Below are positions 42,515-52,385 of a DNA stretch of 64,000 bases, piece by piece. The notes below the pieces were generated by a model. That model saw nothing but the letters and a program-made list of their open reading frames with translations. It did no database searches and was not told where the DNA came from. Every line of letters starts with the position of its first letter. The stretch's first letter is position 1. Both the position numbers and the translations under genes were made by a program. The DNA is from an uncultured Pseudomonadota bacterium (GTDB lineage Bacteria > Oederibacteriota > Muellerivitia > Muellerivitales > Muellerivitaceae): the NCBI GenBank assembly GCA_963843375.1, contig CAWJKT010000011.1, positions 1-64,000 of the forward strand. Direction: 5' to 3'.

Positions 42515-43117
42515 TTAAAAACCGCTCAAGTAAGGAAGCTTTCGAGCCACCTCGGCGGTCTTGGCCGCGTTGCCCAATAGAATTCCCGTCGAATCCCAGG
42601 TGCCGTTGACTAGGGCGTTACGCTTGCTCTCGTGAATCTCGAATTTCAAATGTTCCTTTCCTTCGCTCAAAAGAACCTTTTTTTCCAGATTCAAGATAAA
42701 GTTGGTTTCCGGCTTTGCCTTCACGAGAGACTGCAATTTTTGCATCTCCGCTTGGTTGACGGTGACGGTCGGGATGCCCAACATGGTGCAATTGCCCGCG
42801 AAAATCTCGGCGAAGGATTCACCGATGATGGCCCGGATGCCCCAGCGCATGAGGGCCTGTGGCGCGTGCTCGCGCGAAGACCCGCAGCCGAAGTTCTGGT
42901 TCACGAAGAGGATGTGGGCGCCCTGGAACTGGGTCAGGTCAAAAGGATGTCCCTTCGGTTTTCCCTTGGCATCGAAACGTTCATCGTAAAAAGGATACTT
43001 ACCCATGTTGGTGAAAGTGATTTCCTTTAGGTAACGGGCTGGGATGATCCGGTCCGTGTCGATGTCATTCCCCTCAACAGGCACGGCCTTGCCTTCGATT
43101 TGGGTGATTTTGTTCAT
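42515..43117 (-). CDS. leuD: 3-isopropylmalate dehydratase small subunit
   Basis: [28 protein letters not shown]. Confidence 0.95.
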   Translation of the reverse strand: MNKITQIEGKAVPVEGNDIDTDRIIPARYLKEITFTNMGKYPFYDERFDAKGKPKGHPFDLTQFQGAHILFVNQNFGCGSSREHAPQALMRWGIRAIIGESFAEIFAGNCTMLGIPTVTVNQAEMQKLQSLVKAKPETNFILNLEKKVLLSEGKEHLKFEIHESKRNALVNGTWDSTGILLGNAAKTAEVARKLPYLSGF

Positions 43118-44520
43118 TTCAATACCTCCCTGACATCCGTCACTTTTCCTTCAATCGCCGCCGCCGCCACCATGGCGGGACTCATCAGCATGGTCCGTCC
43201 GTCCTTGCTTCCTTGGCGTCCGATGAAATTGCGGTTGGACGAGGACGCTGAAATTTCCCGGCCCTGCAATTTATCGGGGTTCATAGCCAGACACATGGAA
43301 CAGCCGGCTTGTCGCCATTCGAAACCCGCTTCGGTGAAAATCTTGTCCAGTCCTTCCTTCTCGGCCTGAGCCTTCACTTGCTGGGAGCCTGGAACCACGA
43401 AGGCCCGAACGTTTTTGGAAACTTTGCGGCCTTGAGCCACTTTGGCCGCCTCTCGCAAGTCGGAAATGCGTCCGTTGGTACAACTGCCGATGAAAGCCAC
43501 GTTGATGGGCGTGCCCTTGATGGGCGATCCAGGTTTCAGGTCCATGTGTTTGTAAGCGAGTTCCACCGTTTTCACTTCATCGGCGGAGAACTTGCTTACT
43601 TCGGGAAGCTTGTCGTTCACGCCGACCGACTGGTCGGGGGTAATGCCCCAGGTGACAATGGGCTCAATGTCGGCGGCATCAAAATCAACCATGTCATCGA
43701 ATACCGCGTCCTTATCCGAAGCCACGGATTTCCAATAGGTGACCGCCTTGTTCCATTTGTCCCCGGCGGGAGAGTATTTTCGTCCCTTCAGGTAATCGAA
43801 GGTGGTCTGGTCAGGGTTGACGTAACCCACGCGGGCTCCGCCTTCAATGGCCATGTTGCAAACCGTCATGCGTTCTTCCATGGTCATGTTGTCGAACACG
43901 CTTCCGCCGTACTCATAGGCAAAGCCGATGCCGCCTTTCACCCCTAGTTTCTGGATGATATAAAGGGTCACGTCTTTTGCGGTCACTCCGGGTTTCAGCT
44001 TGCCGTTCACGTTTATGCGGCGTACTTTCAAGGCGTCGAGGCCCAAGCATTGGGTGGCCAACACGTCCCGCACTTGGGTGGTGCCGATACCGAAAGCCAG
44101 GGTCCCAAAGGCCCCGTGGGTCGAGGTGTGGGAATCCCCGCAAGCAATGGTCATGCCTGGCTGGGTCAACCCCATCTCCGGCCCAATGATATGCACGATG
44201 CCCTGGTTACCGGAATTGAAGTCGAAAAAGGGGACGCCGAAATTTTTCACATTCTTCTCGATTGCGCCCATCATCTGTTCGGCCTCGTTATCGACGAAGG
44301 GCCGGGCTTGGCTTTTGGTGGGGACGATATGGTCCACGGTGGCGAAGGTGCGGGCGGGGTAGGCCACCTTCAGGCCCTTTTCCGAGATCATGTCGAAGGC
44401 TTGGGGGCTGGTGACCTCGTGGATCAGGTGAAGGCCGATGAAAAGCTGGTACTGGCCTGTGGGGAGTTTTTCCACCACGTGGGCGTCCCAGACCTTGTTG
44501 TAGAGAGTTCCTTTTGCCAT
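43114..44520 (-). CDS. leuC: 3-isopropylmalate dehydratase large subunit
   Basis: [43 protein letters not shown]. Confidence 0.96.
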   Translation of the reverse strand: MAKGTLYNKVWDAHVVEKLPTGQYQLFIGLHLIHEVTSPQAFDMISEKGLKVAYPARTFATVDHIVPTKSQARPFVDNEAEQMMGAIEKNVKNFGVPFFDFNSGNQGIVHIIGPEMGLTQPGMTIACGDSHTSTHGAFGTLAFGIGTTQVRDVLATQCLGLDALKVRRINVNGKLKPGVTAKDVTLYIIQKLGVKGGIGFAYEYGGSVFDNMTMEERMTVCNMAIEGGARVGYVNPDQTTFDYLKGRKYSPAGDKWNKAVTYWKSVASDKDAVFDDMVDFDAADIEPIVTWGITPDQSVGVNDKLPEVSKFSADEVKTVELAYKHMDLKPGSPIKGTPINVAFIGSCTNGRISDLREAAKVAQGRKVSKNVRAFVVPGSQQVKAQAEKEGLDKIFTEAGFEWRQAGCSMCLAMNPDKLQGREISASSSNRNFIGRQGSKDGRTMLMSPAMVAAAAIEGKVTDVREVLK

Positions 44521-44603
44521 ATCAACCTCGCTTTTTTTGGAGTGACAAGGTAAGGATAGAGCGTATTCTATTATTTGTAAAAGATATAGTTACTATGTTA
44601 TAA

Positions 44604-44618
44604 ATAGTTAATAACTAT
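44604..44618. promoter_or_regulatory. LysR-type T-N11-A operator
   Basis: Perfect palindrome ATAGTTA-A-TAACTAT overlapping the lysR start, in the divergent leuC/lysR gap. Confidence 0.65.
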
Positions 44619-45489
44619 GGAAACACATCAGCTGCGATATTTCCTTGCCGTAGTCCAAGCGGGCCGGTTTACTGCGGCGGCCAGGGCCTGCAATGTAAGC
44701 CAGCCCTCTTTGAGCATCCAGATCGCCAAGCTGGAGGATGAATTGGGCGGTCCCCTTTTCGAGAGAACGAGAAAGGGGGGCAAACTGACGGCCCGGGGAG
44801 AAACATTCCTCCCCAGGGCCAAGGCCATCCTGGAACAGATGGAATCGGCACGGGAGGATGCCAAAGCCCTGTCGGGATTGACCATGGGCAAAGTCAGCTT
44901 GGGTTGCATGCCCACCACCGGCGCCCATTTGCTGCCACCCGTTTTGACCGCTTTTCGAAAGGCCTATCCCAAGATCCAGGTTCAATTAAAAGAGGAATCC
45001 TCACCGGACCTAGCCAAGGATCTGGAGCAGGGGGAAGTGGAACTGGCCATTATGGATGAAGCCGGCTTAAGCTCGACCCTTGCCCATCAAACAATCCTGA
45101 CCGAGGAACTCTTGCTGGCCCTACCCACCAAACACCCCTTGGCGGGAAAAAATTCTTTAACTCTCAAACAAGTGGCGGAGGAACCCTTTATCCTCATGAA
45201 ATCGGGCCATGGTTTCCGCCAGATCACACTGGATTTCTACCAGAAGGCGGGTATTGAACCCAAGGTAGTCTTTGAAAGTGGGGGTATCGAAACAGTCCAA
45301 GCATTGGTGGCGGCAGGATTAGGAATTAGCCTGGTGCCTCAAATGGTGGCCAAGTTTCCCGGGGTGGCCTATTCGGAAATATCCCATCCCAAGGCGGCCA
45401 GGACCTTGTCTCTGGCTTGGCGGAGAAAAGCCCTACTCTCAAACGCGGCGGAAGTCTTGAAGAAGACTATTCTTCAGGTTCTTAAATAA
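44617..45489 (+). CDS. LysR-family transcriptional regulator
   Basis: QLRYF..FTAAARACNVSQPSLSIQI..LEDELG..LFER. Confidence 0.93.
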   Translation: METHQLRYFLAVVQAGRFTAAARACNVSQPSLSIQIAKLEDELGGPLFERTRKGGKLTARGETFLPRAKAILEQMESAREDAKALSGLTMGKVSLGCMPTTGAHLLPPVLTAFRKAYPKIQVQLKEESSPDLAKDLEQGEVELAIMDEAGLSSTLAHQTILTEELLLALPTKHPLAGKNSLTLKQVAEEPFILMKSGHGFRQITLDFYQKAGIEPKVVFESGGIETVQALVAAGLGISLVPQMVAKFPGVAYSEISHPKAARTLSLAWRRKALLSNAAEVLKKTILQVLK

Positions 45490-45559
45490 TTATCCTTAAA
45501 CTCGTCCAGAATCATGTTAGTGAATCCGTTGAAAAAAGTGCCTGTTGCCATGATTCAAC

Positions 45560-45952
45560 TTGGAATCTTATTGGATTCGCCCGAAAATAGTGGAGTTACA
45601 AGAAGAGGACGAATTGAAGAAGAATCACAAAAACCCGGATTGGAAACTCGAGTTGCGCAGGGGAAAGCTCAAAACCCCCTACCGGCATTTCACGGCTATG
45701 GTAGAAGGAATTGCGGGAGAACTGGCCCAAGGCTACTCCTGCCGTCCCGGACGAGCCTTCATGGCCATGAAAACCTGGGCTTCTTCCCCTGATGACGCGA
45801 TCGATATGGTGCGGGCCAAGGGCGGGCAAATCGGATTCGCGCCCACCGGCCATATCCATATTTTTGGCTCCGAACCGGAGCTGCCGCCCAGGGATTACCC
45901 CTACGTTTATGACATGGACTTTACGCCTTTCCTCAACCCCGGCAGCAAATAG
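45560..45952 (+). CDS. Hypothetical protein
   Basis: Plausible globular ORF filling the gap; start codon uncertain. Confidence 0.55.
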   Translation: MESYWIRPKIVELQEEDELKKNHKNPDWKLELRRGKLKTPYRHFTAMVEGIAGELAQGYSCRPGRAFMAMKTWASSPDDAIDMVRAKGGQIGFAPTGHIHIFGSEPELPPRDYPYVYDMDFTPFLNPGSK

Positions 45953-46073
45953 CGGAAAAAGTTTTTTTCAGTTCAAGATGTTCTTGGGATTTAATTTCGG
46001 TCCCGTCTTGCATTCCCTCAAAGCAACTCTCTAGACTTTCCCGGTCTTTCATCAACAAAGAGCCGGAGGGTTT

Positions 46074-46742
46074 ATGAAATTCGGAATCATTGGATCGGGT
46101 GTAGTCGCACAAACATTGGGAACCAAGCTGGTGGAACTGGGCCATGAGGTTTTCTTAGGTACCCGCGACCCCCAGAAGCTGGACGAGAAAAAAAACATGG
46201 CTGGAAGCCTGAACGAGTGGCTAGTCGCGGTCAAAAATAAAGCCAAGGTCGTTACCTTCAAAGAAGCCGCTGGCCAAGGTGAACTTTTGATTAACGCCAC
46301 CCACGGGCAGGCTTCGGTCGAAGCCCTTCAGTTGGCGGAGGCCGGCAAAGTGGGCTCCAAGTTGCTCATCGATACGGCTAACGAACTGGACTTCAGCAAG
46401 GGTGCACCCCACGCACTGGCTAGCGAGGCCCGGTCGGTGGCGGGAAACATCCAGGCGGCCTTTCCCAATCTCAAGGTGGTGAAATGCTTTAACACCATCG
46501 GGGCACCTGTTATGGTCAACCCTAAGATGCTTCATGGCGGCGACCATACGATTTTCCTCTCCGGAAACGACTCTGGCGCCAAAACGCAGGTAACGGAACT
46601 TCTCAAGTCCTTCGGCTGGACCGATATCCTTGACCTGGGGGACATCTCGGCTGCCCGCGGGCAGGAGATGTACATGGGAATGTGGGTAAGGCTATACGGT
46701 TCTTTGAAGAACGGCATGATCAACATCAAGGTTCAGAGATAA
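46074..46742 (+). CDS. NADP oxidoreductase (F420-dependent family)
   Basis: GIIGSGVV Rossmann motif, GTR, IDTAN, VVKCFNT, DLGDI. Confidence 0.85.
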   Translation: MKFGIIGSGVVAQTLGTKLVELGHEVFLGTRDPQKLDEKKNMAGSLNEWLVAVKNKAKVVTFKEAAGQGELLINATHGQASVEALQLAEAGKVGSKLLIDTANELDFSKGAPHALASEARSVAGNIQAAFPNLKVVKCFNTIGAPVMVNPKMLHGGDHTIFLSGNDSGAKTQVTELLKSFGWTDILDLGDISAARGQEMYMGMWVRLYGSLKNGMINIKVQR

Positions 46743-46770
46743 GAATGCTAAAACAATCAAGGAGGAAGGA

Positions 46771-47433
46771 ATGAGCACGGATCAACGTGTGGATATATTC
46801 ATCAATGTTCATAAGGGATTGCGGCGGGGGCTTTTGGGCTTCGCCCTCAAGATAGGCCAGTTAGATTGGGCGGATGAGGCCGAAGTGAAATCCGTGGGCG
46901 AGGAGTTCAAGAACCTGCTTCATTTCTTGAGGGAGCATGCCGCAAACGAGGACGATATCCAGTTTCCCCTGCTTGAGGAACGAGTTCTGGGAGCTACCTC
47001 CAGGGAGCAAGAAGACCATCGAAAGCTGGAAAAGGAACTGGACCAACTGGAAATGGACTGGTCTCAAGCCCTTCAAAGCCCGGATCGAGAGATCCCGGGT
47101 TACCAGTTCTATATGGGTTTCAACCGGTTCCTTTCCGGATACCTGGCCCACATGGACCGTGAAGAAAATGAAATCACTGGAGCTTTTTACCGGCACTTTT
47201 CCGACGACGAGATCGCGACCGGCTTCAAAAAGATTATCTCCCGCACTTCGGCCCAGGACATGGGAATGATGTTTGGTTTCATGATCCCGGCTATGAACGG
47301 GGAGGAGAGGTTTGTCTTTCTTTCCAACTTGAGAATGACGGCGGCTCCCGAGGTTTTCGGAAAGGTCAAGGGCTTGGCCCAAAAGGTGCTGTCGCCGATA
47401 GATTGGGAAAAACTTTCGGCCCGGTTGGGATGA
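46771..47433 (+). CDS. Hemerythrin-domain protein
   Basis: VHKGLR, HAANED, EDH, HMDREE metal-ligand pattern. Confidence 0.8.
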   Translation: MSTDQRVDIFINVHKGLRRGLLGFALKIGQLDWADEAEVKSVGEEFKNLLHFLREHAANEDDIQFPLLEERVLGATSREQEDHRKLEKELDQLEMDWSQALQSPDREIPGYQFYMGFNRFLSGYLAHMDREENEITGAFYRHFSDDEIATGFKKIISRTSAQDMGMMFGFMIPAMNGEERFVFLSNLRMTAAPEVFGKVKGLAQKVLSPIDWEKLSARLG

Positions 47434-48149
47434 CGGCTTGGGAAGAAACCATGGAACCCCCTACTTACCTTAGCGCGAAAAAGGCTCTGCGCTGCCACAC
47501 CGATCCGAAGAAAGCCAAAGTTTACCGGGGGTTTTTCAAGAACGCCCAAAAGGATATCTTTCTAGGCGTCACCGCGCACCTGATGGACCGGCTTGCTAAA
47601 ACCTTTTGGGAGATGCCCTTGGCCGATGCGCGCCGGTTGATGGCTTCCCGGGTGCACGACGAGCGGTCCTTGGCCAATTCGGTGTTGGTGTTGAAATACC
47701 GGAAAGGCGATGAAAAAACCAAAAACCAGATATTCGATTTCTATATAAAGAACCGAGGCTTTATCCGCAATTGGGACGGGGTTGACGACAGCGCGCCTTA
47801 TATCGTGGGGCCCCACTTATTGGAAAAGGACCGGAAAATCCTCTTTCATTTGGCGGATTCAAAAAGCCTTTGGGACCGTCGCATCGCCATAGTCTCCACC
47901 TGGTGGTTCATCCGGCAAGGCGACACGTCGGATACCTTCAAACTGGCGAAAAAGCTCCTGAAGGATGAAGAAGACTTGATGCACAAGGCCGTGGGTTGGA
48001 TGCTTAGGGAAGCAGGAAAACGGAACCTGGAGGATTTGAAAAAATTCCTGAACCGCCACCACCATGCTATGCCCCGAACCATGTTGCGTTATGCCATCGA
48101 GAAGTTTCCGGAACCCGAACGCAGGAAGTATTTAATCAAAAAAGGATAA
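47430..48149 (+). CDS. AlkD-like DNA alkylation repair protein
   Basis: NWDGVD, LWDRR, DLMHKAVGWMLRE, MPRTMLRYAIE. Confidence 0.88.
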   Translation: MTAWEETMEPPTYLSAKKALRCHTDPKKAKVYRGFFKNAQKDIFLGVTAHLMDRLAKTFWEMPLADARRLMASRVHDERSLANSVLVLKYRKGDEKTKNQIFDFYIKNRGFIRNWDGVDDSAPYIVGPHLLEKDRKILFHLADSKSLWDRRIAIVSTWWFIRQGDTSDTFKLAKKLLKDEEDLMHKAVGWMLREAGKRNLEDLKKFLNRHHHAMPRTMLRYAIEKFPEPERRKYLIKKG

Positions 48150-48371
48150 CTTGTTTTTTGTGGACCGAACCTGTGAGAACTGCTTCGTAAGTCGTCAGCT
48201 ATCCCTTTGAGAATTGCAGGGGTTATTAAAAGCAGGATGATTGGGATTTCAACCGTTTTTCCCATTCGTTTCTTTTGGGATACTTCCTCTCCTTTTTGTG
48301 TCTACTTTCTATTTAAGGCCCCTCGTCCTACCGTCATTCAAGAAGTAAAAAAATTCAGTGGGGAGGAAGAC

Positions 48372-48731
48372 ATGAATATTTTGCTTTGGGTAGTCCAAGG
48401 TTTGTTGGCGGCGGCCTTTTTAATGGCCGGGCAAATGAAGGTTTTTTCCTATGAAAAGTACAAAGCCATGGGAGGCCCCAACACACCCTCCCGGGGATTG
48501 GTCCGATTTATTGGATTAAGCGAAATCGCGGGGGCATCGGGAGTCATCCTTCCCTTGGCAACGGGTGTATTAACATTCCTTACCCCGATAGCGGCCGTGG
48601 CCTTAGCGATCGTGATGGTTCTGGCCCTGGGCTTTCACGCCATGCACAAGGATCCCATCGGTAAACTCGCTCCCGCTTTGGTGTTATTGGCCCTGAGCGT
48701 TTTCGTGGCCTGGGGAAGAATGGAGTATTAA
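48372..48731 (+). CDS. DoxX-family membrane protein
   Basis: LWVVQGLLAAAFLMAG..K, EIAG, TPIAA; GGAGG RBS. Confidence 0.85.
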   Translation: MNILLWVVQGLLAAAFLMAGQMKVFSYEKYKAMGGPNTPSRGLVRFIGLSEIAGASGVILPLATGVLTFLTPIAAVALAIVMVLALGFHAMHKDPIGKLAPALVLLALSVFVAWGRMEY

Positions 48732-48763
48732 TTTTTTAGTTTGGGATTATTCGGAGATAAAAC

Positions 48764-49768
48764 TTAAGGATTTTTCTGGCGTATGGTTTCCAATGAGAAA
48801 AGGGATTCCAATACCTTCAGGTTGTCCGCCAACCGGGGGTAGTTGCCCCCGCCCTGGTCCTGCAACTCTAAGAGAAGCTGACGGATGATCTCAATATAAC
48901 CTTCCAGCCAGCCCAAGCCGTGAAAAGGGGGCTGGCGCGATCCCAGGTTGTTGTCCTTCCTTGGCAATAAAGTGCGGCTGCCGCCCTTGCCCAACCAGAT
49001 GCCGTCCGGGGCCATGAAATTCCAAGTGGCCGACTGTTGGGTGCCGATGAGGGTGATCTCAAAATCGTTGGTGGTGCCGTGGAAAGTTTTGGAAATGGAG
49101 GCCAAGGCCCGGCGGCCTCCGGAAAATTGCAGGTTCAAGTGAACGTGGGTATCCCGGTGGGAGGCTTCGGCGTTGGCGTAGGACAGCCAAGCCGTTCCCT
49201 TGAAACTGGGTTCGCTCATGAGGAAGGCCGCTGTATCCGCCCAATGGACGCCGATGTCAATGAGGGCGTCGGATCCGCCGCTAAGCGCCGGATCGTTTTT
49301 CCAAGGGTGGGGCTTGGGTGAGGGCTCCAAGGTTTTCTGGGCGGCGGAGGACTGCCAGTAGTGCCCCTCGATGGAAATTAACTCGCCGAACTCCCCGGTT
49401 TCCAGCATTTGTTTCAAGGTTTGAGGCCCCCACATCTGGTGATAGCCGTGGCAGACGGCCACGGGAGTTCGGATTAGTTTCAGGGATTCGATCTCCGTCA
49501 GATTCACGCAGGCGGGTTTTTCCACCACCATGGCCTTAAACCCCGCTTTCTCGCCTTCCAGAATGGATTGGGCATGCAGGCCGTGGGGATTAGCGATGAA
49601 TAGGATGGGGTTGTTAGTCTTAGGGGAAATGTCCGGTTTTTGCTTGCGGCTATGGGGAAGAGTTTCTTGAATGCCCCAGTCTGGATACTGAAGAGAGAGA
49701 ATGGCTAGGCTTTTCTGGAAGGCCTGGCCCGCCATGCCCCGGCCAAGAATGAAGGGGGTGATGGTCAT
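48764..49768 (-). CDS. Gfo/Idh/MocA-family oxidoreductase
   Basis: ANPHGLH, VEKP, DIGVH. Confidence 0.85.
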   Translation of the reverse strand: MTITPFILGRGMAGQAFQKSLAILSLQYPDWGIQETLPHSRKQKPDISPKTNNPILFIANPHGLHAQSILEGEKAGFKAMVVEKPACVNLTEIESLKLIRTPVAVCHGYHQMWGPQTLKQMLETGEFGELISIEGHYWQSSAAQKTLEPSPKPHPWKNDPALSGGSDALIDIGVHWADTAAFLMSEPSFKGTAWLSYANAEASHRDTHVHLNLQFSGGRRALASISKTFHGTTNDFEITLIGTQQSATWNFMAPDGIWLGKGGSRTLLPRKDNNLGSRQPPFHGLGWLEGYIEIIRQLLLELQDQGGGNYPRLADNLKVLESLFSLETIRQKNP

Positions 49769-49797
49769 TTAATCCTCATTAAAGTTACTTTTAAAAA

Positions 49798-49887
49798 TGG
49801 CGGAGAGAGAGGGATTCGAACCCCCGTTACGATTGCTCGTAAATCTGATTTCGAGTCAGACGCATTCGACCACTCTGCCATCTCTCC
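49798..49887 (-). tRNA. tRNA-Ser(CGA)
   Basis: GGAGAGATGGCAGAGTGGTCGAATGCG-TCTGA CTCGAAA TCAGA, long variable arm, GGGGGTTCGAATCCCTC-TCTCTCCGCCA. Confidence 0.97.
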
Positions 49888-49932
49888 GGATGTCGAAACC
49901 CTTTTGTTTAAAAGGGTTTTACTACTTCTGCT

Positions 49933-51033
49933 TTAGGCCTGGACTACCTGATCGGTGCTCCGTGTCATAACCGTGTCATTCAACCTTTCTACCCGGCTTA
50001 AAGCGGCTTTCCGGTCCTCACGGTCTACCCGGTCATAGCGCCTAAAGACGGCGTAGGTCTTATGACCCGAGATCGACATGGTCACTGTGTCGCTGACCCC
50101 AGCTTTGCGGAGGTTTGTTATAGCGCAATGCCTTAAGTCGTGGAACCTAAAATTCTCGATTCCCGCCTTCCGGCAAGCCGTCCCAAAGCCATTCCTGGGG
50201 TCTTTAACCCGCTTTCCTTGGAAGAAAAACACGTAAGGGCTTCCCAGGGTCCTGGGTATCCGTTGAAACAAGGCTATCAGCCTTTTGTTCAACGGTATTT
50301 CCCGCTTTTCCTGGGTCTTGGTGTCGGCGGCTTCCAGGGTGATGACCTCGTTTTTGAGGTCCACCTGATCCCACCTTAGCCCCAAGATTTCCCCCCGCCT
50401 CATCGCGGTCCAATAAGCCAGTTCCACGATTCTCTGCAAGTGGGGAGGACAGCAGGCCAGCAAAGCCTGGTACTCCTCGGGGGTCAAAGTCCTGTCCCTG
50501 GATTGTTCCTTAAAGTGTTGAAGCCCCAAAATCGGGTTGCGCTCCAACTGCCTGTTTAAAACCGCCCGGCTCACAATGGTTTTCAAACAGGCCACGTCCC
50601 GGTTAAGGGTTGCGTTCTTTAAGGTCTTGCCCGACTTAACCTGGCTTCCTTGTTGCCGCCTTTGAGTCAGGTAGGCGTCCACCAAGTCCACCGTTAAGCT
50701 TTCCAAGGGCCGGGTTCCAAAGTAGGCTCTCAGCCTTTTCACGATCTGAACGTCGTTCCTAAAAGATTTTTTCCGGGCCTTGGAATAGGCCAGGAAGGAA
50801 TCCGCCGCGTCATTGAAACTGACACCCGGCTTATCCACCTCTAGGTATTTCTCGTTCACGACTTCCTGATAGTGTTCGGCCAAAACCTTCTTGGCTTGGG
50901 CTAAAGGGATTTGTCCTAAACGGACCCTTTTGCGCTTTCGCAACCCTCCTTCTTTGACGAAGTAATCTAAAAAATAACCCCCTTCATCCCTTCTTAGATG
51001 TTGGGGTAACCCATGGACATTAGGTTTACTCAT
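49933..51033 (-). CDS. Tyrosine recombinase/integrase
   Basis: TAMRRGE, K, FHDLRH, SGHKT, RRY catalytic motifs; SAM-like core-binding domain. Confidence 0.95.
   Translation of the reverse strand: MSKPNVHGLPQHLRRDEGGYFLDYFVKEGGLRKRKRVRLGQIPLAQAKKVLAEHYQEVVNEKYLEVDKPGVSFNDAADSFLAYSKARKKSFRNDVQIVKRLRAYFGTRPLESLTVDLVDAYLTQRRQQGSQVKSGKTLKNATLNRDVACLKTIVSRAVLNRQLERNPILGLQHFKEQSRDRTLTPEEYQALLACCPPHLQRIVELAYWTAMRRGEILGLRWDQVDLKNEVITLEAADTKTQEKREIPLNKRLIALFQRIPRTLGSPYVFFFQGKRVKDPRNGFGTACRKAGIENFRFHDLRHCAITNLRKAGVSDTVTMSISGHKTYAVFRRYDRVDREDRKAALSRVERLNDTVMTRSTDQVVQA
49962..49986 (+). repeat. Candidate integrase arm-type site (copies at 56214-56238 direct and 56058-56076 inverted)
   Basis: GTGTCATAACCGTGTCATTCAACCT vs GTGTCATATACGTGTCATTCAACCT; GAATGACACCGTTATGACA. 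Confidence 0.7.
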
Positions 51034-51296
51034 GAAACCCTCCTAATGTCCCCCTCAGCAAGAGGCATTGTATCAGCACCCCCCATCCCTATGGAAAGGG
51101 GCTTTTGGAAAACCCTTAAAAAAACAGAATGCCAAACCCTAGGATGCCGCCCCATCTTCACGAACGGCAGTTGTCCGGTCAGTCTCCAATGGTGGACGGT
51201 TCTAACCGACACTCCAGCCATTTTGGCCACCTGCTCGTCCGACATAAGATAGTCTTGATTCTGCCCCCGACGGTCACGTCCGCTACGGTTCGTCAT
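51030..51296 (-). CDS. Excisionase-like helix-turn-helix protein
   Basis: LMSDEQVAKMAGVSVRTVHHWR..G.LPFVKMG; overlaps the integrase start. Confidence 0.8.
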   Translation of the reverse strand: MTNRSGRDRRGQNQDYLMSDEQVAKMAGVSVRTVHHWRLTGQLPFVKMGRHPRVWHSVFLRVFQKPLSIGMGGADTMPLAEGDIRRVS

Positions 51297-51643
51297 GGCC
51301 TACCTCCTGAAATATATGGTTTAAAAATAAATGAACCCGAAGGGGTCAAACCTTCGGGGAAAGGTGTGGAAAACCCCGCCTGTCCCGTCAGGGACACTAA
51401 GGGGGGTTTTCCACGGTGTTGCAGTTCGTCTTTCATCTTTACTTCTTCCACTCCCACGCCCGCGCCTACTGTTTGGCTGTTCAAGAGGCCAGCCCCCACT
51501 CCCGTATTACAGTCATCAGATACTGATACTGTGGGAGTGGGGGCTGGCGTCGCCGGACAACCAAACTCCTTGTAGGCGCGGGCGTTTCCGTGGATTTTCG
51601 CTTTAAGCTGTTTTAAGTCCTGCTTTAAGTTTTTCGGGTTCAT
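51293..51643 (-). CDS. Hypothetical protein overlapping a hairpin-rich region
   Basis: AGGAGG RBS and 4-nt overlaps at both ends, but low-complexity translation. Confidence 0.4.
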   Translation of the reverse strand: MNPKNLKQDLKQLKAKIHGNARAYKEFGCPATPAPTPTVSVSDDCNTGVGAGLLNSQTVGAGVGVEEVKMKDELQHRGKPPLVSLTGQAGFSTPFPEGLTPSGSFIFKPYISGGRP

Positions 51644-52253
51644 GCCGTGGCCTCCTGGGGCCCTTCTTCCGGCTTGATCGCTCTTAGGATGGGGTCTTTT
51701 ACGAAGGGAAGGTAGCCGCCCTCCAGGTTCACCCAGGGCACCCGTATGAAGGGAAGCCGGTCCACCTTCTCGAAAAAGGAAAAGCCCCAGAGGTTCTGGT
51801 TCCTGGGGTCATTCCTGAGGAAGGTCCCCAGCCCTTCCAGCATCCTCAGCGCATGGGGCTTGTCCCGGCTGACCACCAACCGGAAGGCCCCCGGGAAATC
51901 CCTGGTCAGGTTGAGAACCATACCGACCATCTTCTCCCGGTTGTAGGCCGTATGCTCGTACTCCAGAACAAAGGCCTGGGTCCTGCCTTCCAGGGTTCCT
52001 ACGAAAAAACCGTCCGGGGTCCGGTAGTGGACCCGGCGAAGCCTGGTCCCTGCCAAGTCCCACCCCCGTCCGGCTTCCAGGTCCATCTTCCAATCCATCC
52101 TCAGGCCACAGCGCATTTCGTAGTCCGAAAGCCAGGTAAGCCCCTCCAGGCCCCCTTCCCGTTCAATTTGGATTCTCATAGCGAGAACTCGCTTGTCGTG
52201 CTCCCTCTCGAATAGGTTGATATGGGGGGAACGTACTTCCTGGGAAATGAGGA
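51640..52253 (-). pseudogene. C-terminal part of a gene truncated by IS21; possible Replic_Relax/PD-(D/E)XK-like protein
   Basis: The ORF-track start lies inside the IS end; EHD, TPDG and LEYEHT motifs. Confidence 0.5.
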
Positions 52254-52385
52254 TGTAAACGCCGGTCCAATAGTGTGACGGTCTAGAGAGGGCAAAAAGG
52301 CGGTCGAAAAGTGTGACACTCCCCGAAATTCCCTGGAAGATGTGGGTTTTCAAAGATGAAAACCACGCCTCCAGGAGGAAAAGGA

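Noticed and set aside
52254..52353. N-terminus of the 237-aa ORF 51640..52353
   Set aside because: These codons lie within the IS21 left end, so they are not part of the original gene
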